Numbered from the stretch's first letter, positions 1 through 8,346 are shown. The stretch is DNA of 32,000 nt from Candidatus Hadarchaeota archaeon (GCA_964514965.1 CAZETV010000001.1:573063-605062), one strand, 5' to 3'. Notes: generated by a model not told the origin, from the letters alone. Numbers and translations: made by a program.

Positions 1-408
1 GGCACGGCCAGTGCCCCTGCCACATGGCAGGTAATCGAGACTTGGACAGGAACCGTGTCAGCACCAGCCCAATGGCAAGCAATCGAAACTTGGACTGGCA
101 CGGCCAGTGCCCCTGCCACATGGCAGGTAATCGAGACTTGGACAGGAACCGCCAACTCTCCCGCCGCGTGGCAATCGATTGAAACCTGGACCGGCACAGT
201 TTCAGCACCCGTAGCATGGCAACTAATCGAAACATGGACAGGAAGCGCCAACTCTCCGGCAGCGTGGCAAATCATTGAAACTTGGACAGGAACAATCAAT
301 GCTCCTGCAGCATGGCAAGTAATCGAAACATGGACCGGCACGGTTGAATCTCCAATTATGTGGCGACTCATCGAAACATGGACGGGAACAGCCAGCGCCC
401 TCGAGACT
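1..408 (+). repeat. Tandem 48-nt (16-aa) coding repeat, at least 8 W..IETW units
   Basis: The TGG codon opening each unit recurs at 25, 73, 121, 169, 217, 265, 313 and 361, exactly every 48 nt. The array continues off the left edge. Confidence 0.9.
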
Positions 409-1359
409 GTACCTCCGCCTCCAGAAGGAGCGCTGACCGTGACGATAGGTACAATAAGGGCTGGTGAAATAGGCTCTGCCGACTTCACGCAGTATAGAAT
501 GGCCATAAACAAGGTGAGAATAACTCCCAAGCATGATGTGTCAAACGTCGAAGTATACGTGGTACCCTATGAGCCAGCAGAAGCACCGGCAACCACTTTA
601 CCAGTCTACTCCTGCTTCAATATCACAACCAACATTGACGCCGCTGAAGTGGGAAGAGCAACCATTGGGTTCCAAGTGCCGAGATCCTGGATAGCTCAGA
701 TGAACATTGACGAGCGAAACGTCGAATTGCTTAGGTATAGCGGAGGATGGCAGACGCTGCCGACAATTTTTGTTAGGTCTGACTCAGTCTACCTATACTT
801 CGAGGCCGAGACATCCGGGTTCTCACTGTTCGCGGTCGTTGGGGAGCAGACGATTACTCCGCCTGCACCCACTCCGCCAGTGATTGTTCCAACTTCCCCC
901 TCGCCCCCGGTACCCGAATCACCCACCGTGCCGCCGGTATTTTACACGCTGCTGGCGATGTTCTCGGTCGGCATAAGCGGTCTAGCGTTATACCGCTCCT
1001 TGACATGGCGCATAAAGCCGTTTGCGTCAATCAAATCCCTGAAGCGAATGATACTTGAGAAACCGGCTATAACCCCAACGCGCCTAGAGATACCCCCGCG
1101 TGTCAAGCCAGCGATATCCCTCAAGCGCCTGAAGCCAGCCCCGATAACTCCAGCCCCAGATTTGCCCACCGGCCCATTTAAACCCATCCCAATAGTCACC
1201 CGCCCGCCTGCGGTCGGATCTAGAAGGATCGTGCCGAAAACAATGACATCCCCCGAGATTCTCGACCATTTGAAACGTGGAGTAGCGCCGCCGAAGCCCG
1301 GGATCTCACTTGAGCGCCTGAAGGAGGAAGTGTTCAAGGAAAAGAAGCGGAGGCCGTAG
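1..1359 (+). CDS. Surface/secreted repeat protein with PGF-pre-PGF-like domain, TM segment and basic C-terminal tail (5'-truncated by window edge)
   Basis: Frame 1 is open from base 1 (GTASAPATWQVIETWTGTVSAP...), so the GTG at 55 is probably not the start. Tandem W..IETWTGT repeats, then a NIDAAEVGRATIGFQVPRSWI...FSLFAVVG domain, Pro-rich linker, TM-like segment VFYTLLAMFSVGISGLALY and a basic tail. Confidence 0.8.
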   Translation, partial: GTASAPATWQVIETWTGTVSAPAQWQAIETWTGTASAPATWQVIETWTGTANSPAAWQSIETWTGTVSAPVAWQLIETWTGSANSPAAWQIIETWTGTINAPAAWQVIETWTGTVESPIMWRLIETWTGTASALETVPPPPEGALTVTIGTIRAGEIGSADFTQYRMAINKVRITPKHDVSNVEVYVVPYEPAEAPATTLPVYSCFNITTNIDAAEVGRATIGFQVPRSWIAQMNIDERNVELLRYSGGWQTLPTIFVRSDSVYLYFEAETSGFSLFAVVGEQTITPPAPTPPVIVPTSPSPPVPESPTVPPVFYTLLAMFSVGISGLALYRSLTWRIKPFASIKSLKRMILEKPAITPTRLEIPPRVKPAISLKRLKPAPITPAPDLPTGPFKPIPIVTRPPAVGSRRIVPKTMTSPEILDHLKRGVAPPKPGISLERLKEEVFKEKKRRP

Positions 1360-1527
1360 TGCAATGAACAGGATTGAATCCCGTGCACACTTAACCGGAA
1401 GCGTGCTTTGCCTCTCGGAACTAGTACAAATTAAGTCAACTCGGACAAGTTTGGGCTGGCTTCTTTTTGATTATCTGCACAATCTACTACCTGCTCAAAC
1501 TAGCCAACCTGAAAAAAGGTGGCTTGC

Positions 1528-1692
1528 ATGAAAAAGAGAATGTCGGACCGTCTCAGAAAAGTCGGTAAGCTGGTCGGGGAGGTTCCAGACGGTTTCATTG
1601 AGAAGACACTTGGTTTCGACACCCACCATGAAACTTACAAATATTTACGCACCGAAGCTACTGAGAAAACTACGCGCCGAGCCTCCCGTTGA
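1528..1692 (+). CDS. Small basic hypothetical protein (54 aa)
   Basis: ATG...TGA encoding MKKRMSDRLRKVGKLVGEVPDGFIEKTLGFDTHHETYKYLRTEATEKTTRRASR; not in the supplied ORF track. Length and composition are the only evidence. Confidence 0.3.
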   Translation: MKKRMSDRLRKVGKLVGEVPDGFIEKTLGFDTHHETYKYLRTEATEKTTRRASR

Positions 1693-1917
1693 AAAATTTG
1701 ACTACATTGACTCCGAACGCAGTAATCAAAACGTTTTTCGGCATCTACTCCAGGTTTGTGGAATTTCTTTATGCCACATAAGACAGCAATATGTTGCCTT
1801 AATATTTTAAATAGGCCGTAACGTATAACTGAGTAAGGGGTTTGAAAAACTAAAAGTTAGTTTTTCAGATGAGGCGGCACGGAAAAAAACCCCAATCCTA
1901 GTGGTTGCGGTGTCTGA

Positions 1918-2706
1918 ATGAGGTTAAAGCAGGGGCTAATCTTAGGCGTTTTCTCAGCCAAAGGCGGTGTTGGCAAAACAACTACTGTGGCCAACCTAGG
2001 TGCGGCTCTGGCTCAGAAGCTTAAGAACCGAGTCATCATCGTAGAAACCAACATGACTGCCTCAAACTTGGGGCTGCACCTTGGCATCCTCGACCCGCCA
2101 GTGATAATTCAGGACGTCATCTTTGGCAAGGTCAAGATAAATGATGCAATCATGATTAACGACTACGGGTTCCATATCATCCCAGGCTCTGTTGCATTTA
2201 CGAGCGAGCTAGGCTCAATAGACCTTCGCGACATCTTGGATGAGCTTACAAAAAAATACGATATAATAATACTCGACTCAGCCCCTGGTTTCGGCCTTGA
2301 GGTTTTTGCGGCAATGAAGACGTGCGACGAACTTCTGGTTGTATGCCAGCCTCGAGTGCCAGCGATTGCAGGAACGCTCCAGACTTTCCGGGCCGCTGAT
2401 CGTCTCAAAATTCCGATATTTGGAGTAGTTCTGAATCGTGTCACTGGGAAACGCTTCGAGATTCCGACCTCAGATATCAAACGGACGTTGAACTGGCCTA
2501 CTATGACGGTGATTCCAGAAGACGACATGGTGGAAGAGGCAGTGACCCGTGGAACTCCTGTCGTCCTTTACGCCCCGAAATCACCGGCTGCGATTGAGTA
2601 TCGAAAGCTCGCGCAGGCAATCTTATCCCATCTGAAGGCTCGCAAACGCATCGCTCCTCGTCGAAAGCGCAAGACAAAAAGAAGAAGTAGAAAAGTAAGA
2701 AAATGA
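1918..2706 (+). CDS. MinD/ParA-family P-loop ATPase
   Basis: Deviant Walker A FSAKGGVGKTTTVANLGAAL, VIIVETNMTASNLGLHLGI, and DIIILDSAPGFGLE; C-terminal Lys/Arg-rich tail. Confidence 0.9.
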   Translation: MRLKQGLILGVFSAKGGVGKTTTVANLGAALAQKLKNRVIIVETNMTASNLGLHLGILDPPVIIQDVIFGKVKINDAIMINDYGFHIIPGSVAFTSELGSIDLRDILDELTKKYDIIILDSAPGFGLEVFAAMKTCDELLVVCQPRVPAIAGTLQTFRAADRLKIPIFGVVLNRVTGKRFEIPTSDIKRTLNWPTMTVIPEDDMVEEAVTRGTPVVLYAPKSPAAIEYRKLAQAILSHLKARKRIAPRRKRKTKRRSRKVRK

Positions 2707-2832
2707 AATCATACGATACTGGCGTTAGTTGTATGAATTGTTGATTTGAGTAGGGTTGAGAATCGGGTGGTTCTGGAATAGCTGGTGAAATCGTAGATTG
2801 TTTAAAGATGGGAAAGAACACAAAATAATGAA

Positions 2833-2905
2833 GCCGCCGTAGCTCAGTTGGAAGAGCAATCGCCTTGTAAGCGATAGGTCGTGGGATCGTGACCCACCGG
2901 CGGCT
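2833..2905 (+). tRNA. tRNA-Thr (anticodon TGT), with CCA following at 2906-2908
   Basis: Acceptor GCCGCCG/CGGCGGC, D-arm GCTC AGTTGGAA GAGC, anticodon arm ATCGC CTTGTAA GCGAT, T-arm GTGGG ATCGTGA CCCAC. Confidence 0.93.
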
Positions 2906-2946
2906 CCACCTTAAGTCTTGTTGCACTAGTAGTGTTGAGGCATGAT

Positions 2947-3717
2947 ATGAGCAAAGGGTACGTTGGACAGATATTCAATTCTATTCAGGGAGAGGGGCTC
3001 TATGTTGGTAGGCGACAGGTCTTCGTAAGGCTGGCGGGTTGTTCACTCAACTGTAATTTTTGCGATACAGAGGAGTTTAAACATTTTTCCAAAAAAGAGT
3101 GCAAAGTTGAAACTAAACCCAGCTCAATGAAATTCAAACTCGTGAGAAATCCGATGACCTACGGAGAGGTGCTTCGATATGTCAAGCGTTTGGCAACTCC
3201 AGACATCCACAGCATCTCGCTGACCGGTGGTGAACCCCTTCTGGCGGGGAATTTTCTTGTCGATGTCGCCCGCGCGTGCAGACGGGCTGGTTTCGCCAAT
3301 TATCTAGAGACGAACGGCGAGAGCAGAGAGGCGATGGCGAAGGTTATCGGCTACATCGACTTCGCCGCAATCGATATCAAGCTCCCCGAGCACCGAGCAG
3401 TGCCGCGCAGAAGCTGGCGTAGTTTGTTTGAGAAGGAGTTGGATTGTGTTAAACTGGCAATCGAGAGGGGTGTGGAAACTTTCGTGAAGATAGTGGTGCT
3501 CCCTTCCACCAAACCAAAAACTATTACGCACGTGTGCAAACATCTCATGCAGATCGCTCGGATACCCCTCGTAATTCAGCCAGTGACGCCCGCGCGAAAG
3601 GTTCGCAGAGCTCCATCGATGACGCATGTGTACCTACTCGCTCAAGCCGCCGCCCGCTCAGGGATCAAGCAGATAGCGATAATACCCCAAATGCACAAAC
3701 TGATTAAGGTGCTCTGA
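2947..3717 (+). CDS. queE: 7-carboxy-7-deazaguanine synthase-like radical SAM enzyme (an in-frame GTG at 2932 is an alternative start)
   Basis: NSIQGEGLYVGRRQVFVRLAGCSLNCNFCDTE with CxxxCxxC cluster motif, TGGEPLL, ETNGE. Confidence 0.9.
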   Translation: MSKGYVGQIFNSIQGEGLYVGRRQVFVRLAGCSLNCNFCDTEEFKHFSKKECKVETKPSSMKFKLVRNPMTYGEVLRYVKRLATPDIHSISLTGGEPLLAGNFLVDVARACRRAGFANYLETNGESREAMAKVIGYIDFAAIDIKLPEHRAVPRRSWRSLFEKELDCVKLAIERGVETFVKIVVLPSTKPKTITHVCKHLMQIARIPLVIQPVTPARKVRRAPSMTHVYLLAQAAARSGIKQIAIIPQMHKLIKVL

Positions 3718-4184
3718 TGTTGATCGAGTTCACGAAGGGTTTGGGTTTCTCGTCCTCACACTTCATTATAGGTCACAAGAAATGTGAACACCTGCATGGG
3801 CACAACTGGCGCGTGGGGTTGACCGTCGAGGGCGAACCGGACGAGCGTGGTCTAGTCGTGGATTTTTTAGAACTCGAACGTTTTTTAAAAAGTTTGTGTG
3901 ATAGTTACGACCATCGCGTGCTGCTGCCCGAAAATAATTCTTCTCTCAAACGCCTTTTGGAGGGAAAAAATACCCGCATTTCTGTGCACGATCGTGAGTT
4001 CGAGTTCCCCAGCGAAGATGTCGTCTGGCTTCCCGTCGTTAACACCACCGTAGAGGAGTTTGCAAGAGTTATCGCTGACGAGATGATGAAGAATTTGTCC
4101 TACCCGAACGTGCGTCTAATAACCGTTTTGGTCGAGGAGTCACCTGGGCAGAGCGCAACGGAAAAGCGGCGAGTGAAAGCGTAA
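3717..4184 (+). CDS. queD: 6-pyruvoyl-tetrahydropterin synthase / 6-carboxytetrahydropterin synthase family
   Basis: SSSHFIIGHKKCEHLHGHNWRVGLTVEG, VVDFLELE, YDHRVLLP; overlaps the stop of queE by one base. Confidence 0.88.
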   Translation: MLIEFTKGLGFSSSHFIIGHKKCEHLHGHNWRVGLTVEGEPDERGLVVDFLELERFLKSLCDSYDHRVLLPENNSSLKRLLEGKNTRISVHDREFEFPSEDVVWLPVVNTTVEEFARVIADEMMKNLSYPNVRLITVLVEESPGQSATEKRRVKA

Positions 4185-4227
4185 CCTTAAACTTTTTATA
4201 TCCTGGTCCCTAAGTGCACCGAATATT

Positions 4228-4539
4228 ATGCAAATCAAACGCTTTGAACAGGAGGACGCGTGCAAGTACGAGTGCTGGGACGACTACCAATGCTCAGTAA
4301 TGGCGAGCGCGGTCGTCCGGAAGCATGACAAGCAGACCTACTTGCAGGACATCAATGTCAGCTCGAGCTATCGGGGGCGGGGCATAGGAACAAGATTGCT
4401 CAAGCAAATATTGGTAGACTTCGAGGGTACTCTAATTGTGGCGAGCGTCTTCGAGGCACGCGTTCCTTGGTACGAGCGTCACGGGTTCAGCACCACTGGC
4501 AGTGAAGGAAATTTAGTCAGAATTGAGAAATCTCCATAA
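4228..4539 (+). CDS. GNAT-family N-acetyltransferase
   Basis: DINVSSSYRGRGIGTRLLKQILVDFEG...VPWYERHGFSTTG, the GNAT acetyl-CoA binding and C-terminal motifs. Confidence 0.85.
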   Translation: MQIKRFEQEDACKYECWDDYQCSVMASAVVRKHDKQTYLQDINVSSSYRGRGIGTRLLKQILVDFEGTLIVASVFEARVPWYERHGFSTTGSEGNLVRIEKSP

Positions 4540-4605
4540 CGCTTATCTTTCCAAAATTGAGTTTTGTTTGGGGTCGTGGGGTAGCCTGGTCCATCCTGCT
4601 GGCTT

Positions 4606-4632
4606 AAGGATTGTTTAAGCGATCCTGCCAAA
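4606..4632 (+). other. Predicted 27-nt tRNA intron 1 (position 33/34): AAGGATTGTTTAAGCGATCCTGCCAAA
   Basis: Central helix TGGC (4600-4603)/GCCA (4627-4630), 3-nt bulges TTA and AAT, outer helix AGGATTG (4607-4613)/CGATCCT (4620-4626) allowing one G-U pair. Flanking exon helix is weak. If exact register is shifted, intron length is unchanged. Confidence 0.75.
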
Positions 4633-4636
4633 TGGG

Positions 4637-4656
4637 ACGTTAGACCAGCGCAAAAA
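4637..4656 (+). other. Predicted 20-nt tRNA intron 2 (canonical position 37/38): ACGTTAGACCAGCGCAAAAA
   Basis: After intron 1 removal: anticodon stem CTGGC/GCCAG, central helix TTTG/CAAA (4651-4654), bulges GGA and AAA, outer helix CGTT (4638-4641)/AGCG (4647-4650). Confidence 0.82.
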
Positions 4657-4811
4657 AGCCAGTGACTCGAGTTCAAATCTCGGCGACCCCACCACTTAAA
4701 ACGAACTGTTTATGGAATAGCCCATCTATTGGCTTCATCAAAAACTCTTAAAAAGGGACAGGCCAACAGAAGTAATTTTAAGGTTGTCAGCTATGTCAAA
4801 AGGGTGTAAAC

Positions 4812-6083
4812 TTGCAAAAGTTCATCTTTAAGAGCTTGACCGCACGCGGGATTCTCGACAGCAGAGGTAACCCGACCATTGAGATTGATGTTGCGGTACA
4901 AAGCGAGAACGTAGCGGAGGCGGGCGTTGGTAGAGCGGCAGCACCTAGTGGAGCGAGCAGGGGAAAACACGAGGTCATAGCATTTCCCGAGGGTGGTGTT
5001 AACGCTTCAATTAAAGCTGTTAAAGAAATTTTAGCACCGAAGCTAATCGGTAGCCCAGCTGACAGGTTGGAGGAAGTGGATTCCCTTCTTCATGAACTCG
5101 ATGGGACACCAAATTTCTCGAGGATTGGAGGAAATGCGGCGGTGGCTATCTCCATGGCCGCAGCAAAGGCAGTGGCGGCAGCTCGTGGTCTACCTTTGTA
5201 CAAGCATTTGGGCGGCGATCAAGCAGTTCAACTGCCATACCCGCTTGGAAATATGCTCGGTGGTGGAGCCCATGCTGGCAGACAAGCTCCCGACATACAG
5301 GAAGTTCATGCTATCCCAGTCGGCGCGAAAAGTTTTGTCGATGCATTTTTCGCCAACGCCAAAGTTCACAAGCGTGTGCGAGACCTTATCGAGGCAAAAG
5401 ATCCAACTTTCACTGGCGGCAAGGGTGACGAAGGCGCATGGGCCCCAAATCTCGATAGCTCAGCGGCTCTCGAAATAGTCGCAAGGGCATGTGAGGAAGT
5501 TGGCAGTGAGGTTGGATTTGAAATAAGACCTGCCCTCGACGTTGCTGCAAGCAGCCTTTATGATGCGCATGAAAAAAAGTACCGATATAAACGGGAAGAC
5601 AAATCTCGGGACGAGGGCGAGCAAATAAATTTCATCCTAGATTTGATAAATACATACAAGCTCTTTTTCGTTGAGGACCCGCTGCACGAAGAAGATTTTG
5701 ATGGTTTTGCCGAGCTTACGAAAAAAGTCGGTGAAAAATGCCTGATATGCGGTGATGATCTCTTCGTTACAAATGTCGCTCGGATTCAGAAAGGGATAGA
5801 AGTTGGTGCCGTAAATTCAGTACTTATAAAACCGAACCAGATCGGTACGCTTACGGATACCCACAAGGCTGTGCAACTGACGAAAAAAAGTAATTATGTT
5901 CCTGTGGTGTCCCATCGCTCGGGGGAAACTCCCGACGAAACCATCGCCCACCTAGCTGTAGCATGGGGCTGTCCGATTATCAAAACGGGCGCAGTCGGAG
6001 GCGAGCGGATAGCCAAGCTTAATGAGTTAATCAGAATTGAAGAAGGATTGGGAAAGACGGCAAAAATGGGGAAGCTTCGATGA
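4812..6083 (+). CDS. eno: Enolase (phosphopyruvate hydratase), TTG start
   Basis: [33 protein letters not shown]-type N-terminus, [37 protein letters not shown]. Confidence 0.97.
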   Translation: MQKFIFKSLTARGILDSRGNPTIEIDVAVQSENVAEAGVGRAAAPSGASRGKHEVIAFPEGGVNASIKAVKEILAPKLIGSPADRLEEVDSLLHELDGTPNFSRIGGNAAVAISMAAAKAVAAARGLPLYKHLGGDQAVQLPYPLGNMLGGGAHAGRQAPDIQEVHAIPVGAKSFVDAFFANAKVHKRVRDLIEAKDPTFTGGKGDEGAWAPNLDSSAALEIVARACEEVGSEVGFEIRPALDVAASSLYDAHEKKYRYKREDKSRDEGEQINFILDLINTYKLFFVEDPLHEEDFDGFAELTKKVGEKCLICGDDLFVTNVARIQKGIEVGAVNSVLIKPNQIGTLTDTHKAVQLTKKSNYVPVVSHRSGETPDETIAHLAVAWGCPIIKTGAVGGERIAKLNELIRIEEGLGKTAKMGKLR

Positions 6084-6709
6084 GTACACCTGAGTTTACG
6101 GAAGGTGTGGTCGGGCTGGTGGATTTCGACACTTACCTCTCGAGCGGTGTTCACATAGGGACTCGACAAAAGACGGGTGCAATGGCCTCGTTCATCTATC
6201 GCGTGCGACCCGATGGGCTATATGTACTCGATGTCCGGAAGACCGACGAGCGGATAAGTTTGGCTGGGAAATTCTTAGCACGATTTGATCCCGCGAGCAT
6301 CATCGTGGTCTCGGCGCGACAGTACGGTCAACGTCCAGCCCAGCAGTTTTGCGAGGTAACTGGGGCCAAGGCCATGGTGGGTAGATTCATCCCGGGCACT
6401 TTCACCAACCCCTTTCACAAGGGATATACCGAGCCAGCCGCGCTCGTTATCACAGACCCGCTAGCGGATGAGCAACCCATGCGCGAGGCGGCCGAGGCGA
6501 GCATACCTGTGGTGGGGTTCTGCGATACCGACAACGAAACGGCAGACATAGATTTCATTATCCCAACGAACAACAAGGGGCGCAGAGCGCTCGCACTCGT
6601 CTACTGGTTACTCGCACGCCAAGTGCTTCAGGAGCGGGGCGATCTCTCGCCGGACAAGCCGTTCGAGGTTTCAGTGGAGGAATTTGAGACCAAGTCCGGT
6701 GGTGAATAG
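6080..6709 (+). CDS. rpsB: Small ribosomal subunit protein uS2
   Basis: [61 protein letters not shown]; 4-nt overlap with eno. Confidence 0.95.
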   Translation: MSTPEFTEGVVGLVDFDTYLSSGVHIGTRQKTGAMASFIYRVRPDGLYVLDVRKTDERISLAGKFLARFDPASIIVVSARQYGQRPAQQFCEVTGAKAMVGRFIPGTFTNPFHKGYTEPAALVITDPLADEQPMREAAEASIPVVGFCDTDNETADIDFIIPTNNKGRRALALVYWLLARQVLQERGDLSPDKPFEVSVEEFETKSGGE

Positions 6710-7549
6710 TTGAGACCCCCGGTGGTCGCAGGACAATTTTACGCTGGCACCCGATCGGAACTCATCGAACAAATTGAATGGTGTTACACCCATCCATCCG
6801 GGCCAGGAAAAGCGCCGAGAATGCGTGCTGGGCCGAGGCGACTCGTAGGATTAGTTTCCCCCCACGCAGGCTACATGTACTCCGGACCAGTCGCTGCGCA
6901 TGGGTTCACATACATGGCACAGGACGGCATGCCAAGTTCGATTGTGATTATTGGGCCCAACCACAGAGGTGTGGGCTCGGGTGTTTCGATAATTACTTCG
7001 GGAAAGTGGAGTACTCCTCTAGGGGAGGTCCAAATAGACGAAGCGCTGAGCAAGGCAATCAAACAGACCTCGGATATAATCGATGTCGACATGGTCGCTC
7101 ATGCTTACGAGCACTCGCTCGAGGTTCAGTTGCCATTTCTCCAGCATCTCTTCAGTGATAAATTCAAAATCGTGCCGATATGCATAATGTTACAGGATAT
7201 CAAGACAAGTAAAGAGGTTGGAGACGCTATTGCCAAGGCCTCGGGAGGGAAAGATGTAGTGATAATTGCGTCAACTGATTTCACCCATTACGAATCTCAA
7301 AGTTCGGCCACCACGAAAGACCACAAAGCAATAGATAAAATTCTGGCGCTTGACCCAGAAGGGTTAATTCGCACCGTCGAAGAAGAGGGCATCACCATGT
7401 GCGGTTATGGACCAGTTTCGGCTATGTTACAGGCCGCGAAAAAGCTAGGGGCAAAAAAGGCAAAGCTATTAAAATATGCAACTAGCGGGGAAACTGCGGG
7501 TCCTATGGCACAAGTTGTCGGTTATGGTTCAATTGCGGTCTCAAGGTGA
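6710..7549 (+). CDS. MEMO-family (class III extradiol dioxygenase-like) protein
   Basis: VAGQFYAG, VSPHAGYMYSGPVAAHGF, IIGPNHRG, EHSLEVQLPFLQ, IIASTDFTHYE, CGYGPV. Confidence 0.93.
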   Translation: MRPPVVAGQFYAGTRSELIEQIEWCYTHPSGPGKAPRMRAGPRRLVGLVSPHAGYMYSGPVAAHGFTYMAQDGMPSSIVIIGPNHRGVGSGVSIITSGKWSTPLGEVQIDEALSKAIKQTSDIIDVDMVAHAYEHSLEVQLPFLQHLFSDKFKIVPICIMLQDIKTSKEVGDAIAKASGGKDVVIIASTDFTHYESQSSATTKDHKAIDKILALDPEGLIRTVEEEGITMCGYGPVSAMLQAAKKLGAKKAKLLKYATSGETAGPMAQVVGYGSIAVSR

Positions 7550-8346
7550 TTGATATACAACCATTGATTGTAAAACTTGGCGGAAGCGTGATTACAGACA
7601 AAAAGGGGCGGTTCACGGTCAAGCGGGCAGTATTGAATAGGCTTGCCCGAGAGTTAACCGTAGCCAAGTGCCCCCTCGTGCTCGTACACGGGGGCGGCTC
7701 ATTCGGGCACCCTGTAGCATCTAAGTACAAGATCGCCGAGGGATATGGGCACCCACGACAGCTGATTGGATTTGCGCTGACTCATCGCGCGATGGAACGA
7801 CTCAACGCTTATGTTTTAGAAGCTCTTCAGCAAGCGGGTATACCCGCGATGGCGATGCAAACATCTGCTTGTGTTGTGGTTAAGAATGGACGGATCAAAT
7901 CGATGGAACTCAGACCTTTGCGCAAACTACTCAATCTCGGGCTAGTACCTGTGTTATATGGGGATGCCGTGCCAGATTTGGGCAGGGGGATGAGTATCCT
8001 TTCGGGCGATCAATTAGTTGCTCAGCTCGCGTGCGAACTAGGGGCTAAGCGGGTTGTCCTAGGTGTTGATGTTGATGGTGTTTATACGGTGAACCCTAAG
8101 ACCAATAAAAATGCCGAACTTGTCCAGAAGATATCTTTGAACAACTGGTCTTCGGTTAAGAAGCGGTTGAGTAGCGGTATCGGCAGAAGAGATGTCACGG
8201 GCGGTATGGCGAACAAGGTGCGTGAGTTACTTGCGTTGACCGAGCGCGGGGTGGATGCGGAGATAGTTAACGCGGCGAAGCCAAACATCCTGAGGCGGAC
8301 AATCTTAGGAGAATGCGGGCTCGGCACGAGGGTTGTGGCGAGGTGA
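7546..8346 (+). CDS. Isopentenyl phosphate kinase (amino-acid kinase family)
   Basis: VKLGGSVITDKKGRFTV, LVHGGGSFGHPVA, GDQLVAQLACELGAKRVVLGVDVDGVYT, TGGMANKVRELL; sits directly upstream of fni. Confidence 0.93.
   Translation: MIDIQPLIVKLGGSVITDKKGRFTVKRAVLNRLARELTVAKCPLVLVHGGGSFGHPVASKYKIAEGYGHPRQLIGFALTHRAMERLNAYVLEALQQAGIPAMAMQTSACVVVKNGRIKSMELRPLRKLLNLGLVPVLYGDAVPDLGRGMSILSGDQLVAQLACELGAKRVVLGVDVDGVYTVNPKTNKNAELVQKISLNNWSSVKKRLSSGIGRRDVTGGMANKVRELLALTERGVDAEIVNAAKPNILRRTILGECGLGTRVVAR

Larger units (their letters stand above)
4570..4691 (+). tRNA. tRNA-Pro (anticodon TGG) precursor with two introns; CCA follows at 4692-4694
   Basis: Acceptor GGGGTCG (4570-4576)/CGACCCC (4684-4690), A73; archaeal-type D-arm GGGTAGCCTGGTCCATCCT; anticodon stem CTGGC (4599-4603)/GCCAG (4658-4662); T-arm TCGAG TTCAAAT CTCGG. 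Removing 4606-4632 and 4637-4656 gives loop TTTGGGA. Confidence 0.88.

Noticed and set aside
1-408. Regular 48-nt array considered as CRISPR
   Set aside because: The repeats are contiguous, in-frame protein-coding units without variable spacers, and no cas genes are nearby.
1598-1810. 70-aa ORF in the track
   Set aside because: Overlaps the ATG ORF 1528-1692 in another frame and has no domain character or clear start context; too weak to call.
1862-1921. Possible C/D box sRNA upstream of the MinD-like gene (AGATGAG ... GTCTGA)
   Set aside because: The C box deviates from RUGAUGA and I could not find convincing D' and C' boxes; would need a C/D box search and RNA data.
4570-4691. Interpretation as a single-intron tRNA-Leu(TAA) using GCTGG...CCAGC (4598-4602 / 4645-4649) and loop CTTAAG
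   Set aside because: It leaves a 17-nt variable region with no credible arm, shifts the D-arm register away from the archaeal consensus, and the required central BHB helix (CTTA with CGTT) does not pair. The two-intron Pro model satisfies all helices.
4793-4831. 12-codon ORF ([12 protein letters not shown]) overlapping the enolase start
   Set aside because: Too short to distinguish from chance; would need translation data to support an upstream regulatory ORF.
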